From: an uncultured bacterium
GTDB taxonomy: Bacteria > Ratteibacteria > UBA8468 > B48-G9 > DTJG01
DNA: 61,309 nt
Assembly (NCBI GenBank): GCA_964532995.1
Contig: CAZHJN010000004.1
Coordinates: 1-61,309 of the forward strand
Reading direction: 5' to 3'
Each line of letters starts with the position of its first letter. The first letter of the stretch is position 1. The position numbers were made by a program, and so were the translations under genes. The notes under the pieces are model-generated. The model was not told the origin of the DNA and made no database searches. It saw only the letters and a program-made list of their open reading frames with translations. This document shows positions 56,601 to 61,309 of the stretch, one piece after another.

Positions 56601-58615
56601 TCAGATACCTGATAAGACCTGTCTGTTTTAATGACCCGGAATACAGGAAAGAAGTGAAAAAGAGAATAGAGCTTGTTACCGGACTTACAAAAGGTTATGG
56701 TGCTCTTGATTACACTTTGACGGATGAACTTTCAGTTACTCACTTCGGTGATGCCTTTGATTTTTGTTTCTGTGAGCATTGTATCAGGGCTTTCAGGGAT
56801 TGGGTGAAACCTCAGTACAGAAGTCTGCAGGAACTCAACCAGTCATACGGCACAAATTTTTCCTCCTGGGATGAAGTGAGACCGATAACCGCAAAAGAAG
56901 CCAGAGAAAAAAATAAATGGGCTGGCTGGGCGGACCACAGGAGATTTAATGAAGAATGTCTTGCAGAGTTTGTCAAGTGGATACGAGGCGAGATAAAAAA
57001 GATAGTTCCTGATGCTACCATCAGTCTTTCAGGAACACAGGTACCCGGCCCCTATAACGGACATGATGTCTGGTTGAGATGTCAGGTTTTTGATAATCTT
57101 TGGGCATACGGAGCAGGAAACCAGATTATCATGCATCATTCCTTTAATCCTTCAGTGAAACAGATTCCCTGGGGTGGTTATGGATCAAGTGGAGCATCTC
57201 TGAAGCACAAAATATGGGAGAATGTTTTTGAAGGCGGGTATGGAAATTGTTTCTGGTGGTTTCCTGTTAATCTGAATCCTGATTTCACAATGAATGCCTG
57301 CAGCAGGTCATGGAAAGAAGCTGCTGAGGATCTGTTGAAAGGCATGGGAAAAACAATTTTAAGTTCTACTCTTGAAAATTATGGGGTTGCTGTGTATTAT
57401 TCCCAGTCAAGCATCCATGCCGCCTATGCACTTGACGCTGTTTCAACACTTGACGCTGACAGAAACGCATGGATTGAAATCCTGAAGAGAAGTCATATCA
57501 GCCCTTGTTTTATTTCCTACCAGCAGGTTGAGGATGGGAAACTCATCTTTCCTGATATAAAGGTTTTGATTCTGCCTTATACGATTTCTCTTTCAGAAAA
57601 GGAAGCCGATGCAATAAAAAAATTTGTGTCCAGCGGTGGCACTGTTATTGCGGATATGCAGACAGGAATTATGGACAGGCATTGCAGGCCTTATAAAAAA
57701 GGCATTCTTGATGAGTTATTCGGTATCAGCCACAGGACATTTGATGTTACGCCTGTTATTGAAAATGGGACCTGGAACAGGACGAAAAACTGGAATTTTA
57801 CACCTGATATGCCTGTTCAGTTGCAGGAACCTCACATATTATTAACAACAGGCGAAGCTCTTTATAAGGCTGGAAGCACACCGGGAGTCATCATAAACTC
57901 ATACGGTAAGGGTAATGCATGGTACCTCAATTTCAATCTTTCAAAGTTTGAAACTCTTTTCAAAAAATCACAGCACAAAGTCCTTCTTGATTTTGTGAGG
58001 GTTCTTATCAAGCAGAGTGGCATAAGACCATATGTTAAGGTTGTTGATGAAGAAGGCGGTACAATTGAAGAGTGCCAGGTTTTTGTTTATAAAAAGGGTT
58101 CAGCATACTTTGTTGGATTGCTTCCTGATTTTTCTTTTGCTGATCAGTCAACACAAAAAAAGGCAAAACTTGTTATTCCTTCTGGTTATAAGATTACAGA
58201 CATGAGAAAGGGAATTTTACTGGATTCAGATCAGATAATACTTGAGCCTGGCATAGCTCATTTTTACAGTTTACTTCCTTATTCTGTCGAGGATATTCAG
58301 ATAAAAATACCTTCTGAGACAGGACAGGGTGAAATGCTGAATGTGTCAATCCAGCTTGATGTAAAAAACCAGGGACCAGCAGATCATGTGGTAAGGATTG
58401 AATTCTATGATCCGGATGGAGAAGAAGTATCCTGGTATTCAAAAAATGTTGAAACATTAAAAGGGAAAGCCGAATACCAGATTTTACTTCCTCTCAATGC
58501 CAAAACTGGTAAATGGAGGATTCTTGTGAGGGATTTACCTTCAGGAGTGAAGAAATCAAAAGAATTCGATGTGAAAAAAAGGATGTCTGATACAGGTGCT
58601 GGAGGGGAAAAATGA
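53651..58615 (+). CDS. Giant secreted GH42/beta-galactosidase-like multidomain protein
   Basis: Signal peptide; LVLENNY supersandwich-like N-domain; GATase-like domain; CFNDPEY, TDEL, CFCEHC..AFRDW...Y.SL.ELN..YGT.F..W (GH42-like); trimerisation domain; C-terminal LPLNAKTGKWRI. Confidence 0.82.
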   Translation: MRPRIKWVILLCFLFFCYVHCDGKILTLVDVDQDDEQELVLENNYCRFVIKPSLGKINSFILKPAGIEVLRDSEGRKKRGALLADYIVQQGSFGDYTNQPYSFEILENSDTGAIIRLSRRGQTDILKWITITKTITVLADNPEIKVDYEVANEQASMEDYYLGLGIHNEFDSSHEIVFSLPLSTGVLYKKMTPLTASGTGQGFDNIARGWAAISFETYGGIAFYLDYSNLKDFYEWHKMSLRSLAFSFLTKKIEPGKSFKTGFTILPFMSLIQVDGVLEKYAGWIRLEAVPEKGKKVPVQVILSPGSTAALNLLAVSPEGKQQLISGSLVGTDRSGPLVWKGEFIPQEEGLYILKVIVQRGNEKIGEFEKPVKIGETNEQYTLKPLVPKSEEDRTLVAKVIPRPAASGTKKTETSIEEGLPDDIRLTADIKTPHTPWANPYYLGKTKVFFITHTSKEREVIEMAERCNIEFYRATHGNVSWKVPWQLVSYWTPSLSAQHQKKILQQQPLDTILISAPWNSLESEIQKLILKRVENGTGLVIISPRTEKNVRYGYDYPFTFSDEEVRKFPEGLAVNSVGEYGRWKKVKEHFITTGIPFEMLSSPYSVHNLNSGAEVLAEVDGRPLVVTGEYGRGRVVCLNYNASAYQHRGMAFLPEIHPFNTGSGIVTWNPDHPSFQWWEYVWSMVIKATLWASGREPELLIEKIYTDGKNILMDLDNQRATAQFNFDVTVKDQFSKVKLKKIVPLSVTKGKSKVVIPVENVSGGGTYFVDTIIRAGDLVVNWGTTILSIPQTNRIKFLKLDKEFYIPTENAELEITMEKPLLSGDNLSLSALIYDSRGYLWEEIKLRVEDGVQNIRCELPLVKVPAVAFYVCVQLRQDEKIIDEKKTRAIAGQKNNVWDDYIYGLEIAAGSINYYQPYWLEELRKNGVNLLKTSRMRGSGGLGYYVESGLKIADTSRIIDTFLLHGRQEEYQKLKTNYFRTGDLRYLIRPVCFNDPEYRKEVKKRIELVTGLTKGYGALDYTLTDELSVTHFGDAFDFCFCEHCIRAFRDWVKPQYRSLQELNQSYGTNFSSWDEVRPITAKEAREKNKWAGWADHRRFNEECLAEFVKWIRGEIKKIVPDATISLSGTQVPGPYNGHDVWLRCQVFDNLWAYGAGNQIIMHHSFNPSVKQIPWGGYGSSGASLKHKIWENVFEGGYGNCFWWFPVNLNPDFTMNACSRSWKEAAEDLLKGMGKTILSSTLENYGVAVYYSQSSIHAAYALDAVSTLDADRNAWIEILKRSHISPCFISYQQVEDGKLIFPDIKVLILPYTISLSEKEADAIKKFVSSGGTVIADMQTGIMDRHCRPYKKGILDELFGISHRTFDVTPVIENGTWNRTKNWNFTPDMPVQLQEPHILLTTGEALYKAGSTPGVIINSYGKGNAWYLNFNLSKFETLFKKSQHKVLLDFVRVLIKQSGIRPYVKVVDEEGGTIEECQVFVYKKGSAYFVGLLPDFSFADQSTQKKAKLVIPSGYKITDMRKGILLDSDQIILEPGIAHFYSLLPYSVEDIQIKIPSETGQGEMLNVSIQLDVKNQGPADHVVRIEFYDPDGEEVSWYSKNVETLKGKAEYQILLPLNAKTGKWRILVRDLPSGVKKSKEFDVKKRMSDTGAGGEK

Positions 58616-59337
58616 GAGGAAAAATTTCTACCCTGCAAATCTATGGCGTTTTTATGACAGGTTTGCTGTTTCTAACAGCGGTTTTTCCCTCCACTTGTTT
58701 TGCCGGTGGAAGCGAAAAACAGAGCGATGAGGTCTGGAAAGAAACATTCAGACCGCCAAGAGAAAATTTCAAGCCAGAAACCGGCCAGAAATTGTTTGAT
58801 CTCAGCAAAAGTATCTTGAACAATCCGATTCTTTCAGTTGAAACACCCGGAAAACCACCAAAATCCTGGTATGGAAGTTTACGAATATGGAAGGATGTAT
58901 ACAAATCACCTGACTGTTTCAGCAGGATGGTGACAGTAGAACAGGATGCTGAAAAACCCTTTCAGAATAGACCATCCGTAAAGATTAAGATTGCACCATC
59001 TGAAGAAGATGTCTATCTTGAACTCGGTCAGGAAATCAGCATGAAAAACAGAGACCTGAAAGGGAAAAAAATACGACTCAGTTTCTATGCCTACCGTGAA
59101 AATCCGCCAACGGGCAAGGAGTTTTTCATCACGGGAATAATGTTTGATAGAGAAAAAGCCGTAATAGGTACAACTGTGGATATCCACCCGAACATTATGC
59201 CAGGGAAATGGCTTTACTTTTCGCAGGAAGGCGTGGTAAAACCTGAAACAGAGATTTTTAAATTTTCCCTCAGATTTGTTTCTGGCGGAAACGATACTGT
59301 CTGGCTTTCTGGTTTTCTGCTGGAAGAAATACAGTGA
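58612..59337 (+). CDS. Secreted carbohydrate-binding-module-like protein
   Basis: Signal peptide; jelly-roll-like pattern (PKSW, LGQEI, LKGKKIRLSFYA, GKW, TVWLSGFLLEE). ATGA overlap with the upstream gene. Confidence 0.6.
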   Translation: MRGKISTLQIYGVFMTGLLFLTAVFPSTCFAGGSEKQSDEVWKETFRPPRENFKPETGQKLFDLSKSILNNPILSVETPGKPPKSWYGSLRIWKDVYKSPDCFSRMVTVEQDAEKPFQNRPSVKIKIAPSEEDVYLELGQEISMKNRDLKGKKIRLSFYAYRENPPTGKEFFITGIMFDREKAVIGTTVDIHPNIMPGKWLYFSQEGVVKPETEIFKFSLRFVSGGNDTVWLSGFLLEEIQ

Positions 59338-59347
59338 AAGGACCCGC

Positions 59348-60634
59348 ATGGAAATCAGCGAACTTGAAAGAGATGTTGTCGTTGTTGGTGGGGGAATAGC
59401 AGGTACTTCTGCAGCAATAGCAGCCGCGAGAATGGGACACAGGGTTCTTCTTGTGGAGGAAGCCAATTGCCTCGGTGGAATTTCTTCTGCCGGAAATGTT
59501 GCCCAATGGTACGCTTCGCTTGAAGGAATGGGAAACATCTTTACCAGTATTGTTGAAACAATGGAACTCTTCGGCGCCACGATCCACCACAGATATAATC
59601 CATATAACCCTGAATACATGAAGATTGTTTTACAGCTTCTTGCAGAAGAAGCAGGCGTTGATATTTTGCTTCATACAACATTGCAGGATGTTAAATGCGA
59701 AAAGGGCTTTATTCAATCCGTAAGATTGGTATCCTGTTCAAAAACCATGGATGTGTCGGGGAGATTTTTCATTGATGCTTCTGGCGAAGGAGACCTTGGT
59801 TTTCTCGCCGGTGCTGAGTTTATGCAGGGAGACCCTTTAAAAGGCAGAACCCTGCATATGAGCCTTGTGTTTTTTCTATCAGATACAGGAAAACCGGTTA
59901 AAACATATCTTCCGCCAGATATGGAACCGATTGCCTGCAAGGAGCAGCTTCCGGGTCTGCATGTTTATGCGAAATGGTTTGATGGCAGAATTTACTGCAA
60001 TATGACAAAGATTATAGATCATGATCCGACAGATCCATTTTCTCTTTCTGATGCAGAACTGGAAGCCAGACGTCAGATTGTTCGCGTCGTTCATTTCCTG
60101 CAAAGTAAATACTTCCCCACATATACGATCTGTTCTTCGGGTTCAAAAATCGGCATAAGAGAAGGAAGGAGAATTGTCGGTGACTATGTGCTGAAAAAAG
60201 AGGATATTCTTGGTGATAAGCCATTTGACTGCTATGATGGGATATGTGTGGCGACATCTCAGATTGACCTGCACAGTCTTACAAAACCAGGACACGGTGG
60301 CTGGAGGAAAAAAGTTTTACCATATGCAATTCCTTTTCGCTGTATCGTTGCAAAGGGATTCAAAAATTTGTTGATGGCAGGCAAATGTATAAGTGTTGAT
60401 CAGGTTGTTCACAGCAGTTGCCGTATGATTCCAACCTGTTGTGGCATGGGTCAGGCAGCAGGTACCGCTGTTGCTATGGCTGTTGAAGCAGGAAAAGATG
60501 ATGTAAGAGGAATATCAATTGAAAGGCTAAAAAGACAGCTTGAATACGATGGAATGGTGGTTAACCCTGAAAAACATGAGTATTATTGTGGTCAGGAAAC
60601 AGATGTGCCTGACGAAGAAAAAGGGTTAAAGTAG
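59348..60634 (+). CDS. FAD-dependent oxidoreductase (FAD_oxidored family)
   Basis: Motifs DVVVVGGGIAG, LGG, FIDASGEGD, IREGRRIVG, YAIPFRC, NLLMAGKCIS, MGQAAG. Confidence 0.92.
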   Translation: MEISELERDVVVVGGGIAGTSAAIAAARMGHRVLLVEEANCLGGISSAGNVAQWYASLEGMGNIFTSIVETMELFGATIHHRYNPYNPEYMKIVLQLLAEEAGVDILLHTTLQDVKCEKGFIQSVRLVSCSKTMDVSGRFFIDASGEGDLGFLAGAEFMQGDPLKGRTLHMSLVFFLSDTGKPVKTYLPPDMEPIACKEQLPGLHVYAKWFDGRIYCNMTKIIDHDPTDPFSLSDAELEARRQIVRVVHFLQSKYFPTYTICSSGSKIGIREGRRIVGDYVLKKEDILGDKPFDCYDGICVATSQIDLHSLTKPGHGGWRKKVLPYAIPFRCIVAKGFKNLLMAGKCISVDQVVHSSCRMIPTCCGMGQAAGTAVAMAVEAGKDDVRGISIERLKRQLEYDGMVVNPEKHEYYCGQETDVPDEEKGLK

Positions 60635-60656
60635 ATTGTCTCTTGAAAAAGATACT

Positions 60657-61309
60657 ATGAAAAGATGCAGAATTATCTACAACCAGGATTGCACAAATCT
60701 TTTTTCTATTATAAAAGAACCCATCAAACCCGGACATATTGTTTCCATGATTGATGAGATTGCAGAGGGTGGGGCAGATTTAATACTTATCAATCCCAAC
60801 GCTCAGAAGACCAACTACAGAAGCAAAGTGTGGGAAAATTTCTGGGAATGCAACTATCAGGATATGCCGCACAGCTTCCGTCAGATGAAACATCTTGCAG
60901 AGCAGGGATACGATTATCTGAAACTTACTCTTGATAGATGCAGAGAAAAGGCTGTTGCTTCTGGAATCAGCATCAGAATGAATGATATGCATGGCGCGCT
61001 GGAGCCAGACACCCATATTATGAATAGTTCTTTTTATAAGCAGCATCCTGAATATCGCCTACCCGGTTCAGCAAAAGATGGCTGGGGAAGAATCGGTTTT
61101 AACTATGAATATAAACAGGTCAGGTCGCACTATTTGAGATTGATTGGTGAAATTGTGGAGGATTATAATTTTGATGTGCTTGAACTTGATTTCCTGCGTT
61201 TTCCGAATTATTTTCCGCCAGGCGATTGTGAAAGACACTGTAATATTATGACAGAATTTCTCAAACAGGTAAAAACGATTACAGAGAGAAAGAAGATTGA
61301 TCTTTACAT
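60657..61309 (+). CDS. GHL10-like glycoside hydrolase, partial (runs off the window end; absent from the ORF track)
   Basis: Manual translation MKRCRIIYNQDCTN...ISIRMNDMH...HPEY...FNYEYKQVR...YNFDVLELDFLRFP, with no stop before the window end. Confidence 0.8.
   Translation, partial: MKRCRIIYNQDCTNLFSIIKEPIKPGHIVSMIDEIAEGGADLILINPNAQKTNYRSKVWENFWECNYQDMPHSFRQMKHLAEQGYDYLKLTLDRCREKAVASGISIRMNDMHGALEPDTHIMNSSFYKQHPEYRLPGSAKDGWGRIGFNYEYKQVRSHYLRLIGEIVEDYNFDVLELDFLRFPNYFPPGDCERHCNIMTEFLKQVKTITERKKIDLY

Noticed and set aside
58906-59619. 237-aa antisense ORF, and similar shadow ORFs such as 44468-44992 and 45518-45979
   Set aside because: They lie wholly opposite well-supported genes, have no motifs, and are typical antisense shadows.
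1-61309. CRISPR array, tRNA, rRNA, prophage or defence island
   Set aside because: Intergenic spaces are nearly all under about 200 nt with no spaced repeats or cloverleaf, and no cas, integrase, phage structural or nuclease genes were recognised.

Overview
This is a 61 kb, AT-rich, gene-dense bacterial chromosomal segment dominated by carbohydrate and amino-sugar metabolism. It encodes GH20-, sialidase/BNR-, GH172 (DUF2961)-, GH42-like and GHL10-like hydrolases, SGNH esterases, three Gfo/Idh/MocA dehydrogenases, two UroD/MtaA-like TIM barrels, an FGGY kinase, a phosphohexomutase, a fucose/arabinose-type isomerase and an HpcH aldolase. Gene content (DUF1559-like prepilins, UroD-like paralogs, giant beta-galactosidase-trimerisation-domain proteins) suggests a PVC-superphylum organism such as Omnitrophota/Ratteibacteria; that is inference only. 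I found no rRNA, tRNA, CRISPR array, intact transposase, integrase or reverse transcriptase. Most notable: (1) a cassette of GntR/LacI regulator, class III prepilin (H-X9-DG), 1654-aa glycosidase-like protein, CBM-like protein, FAD oxidoreductase and GHL10-like hydrolase, resembling a polysaccharide-utilisation locus with a pilin where SusC/D or an ABC transporter would be expected; (2) that prepilin is one 228-codon frame broken by a single in-frame TAG, which the ORF track splits in two; (3) an uncharacterised divergent amino-sugar cluster at 16.7-28.2 kb containing a cryptic nucleotidyltransferase-like protein and an HTH-transglutaminase-like fusion. All product calls come from motif recognition by eye, not from database searches.
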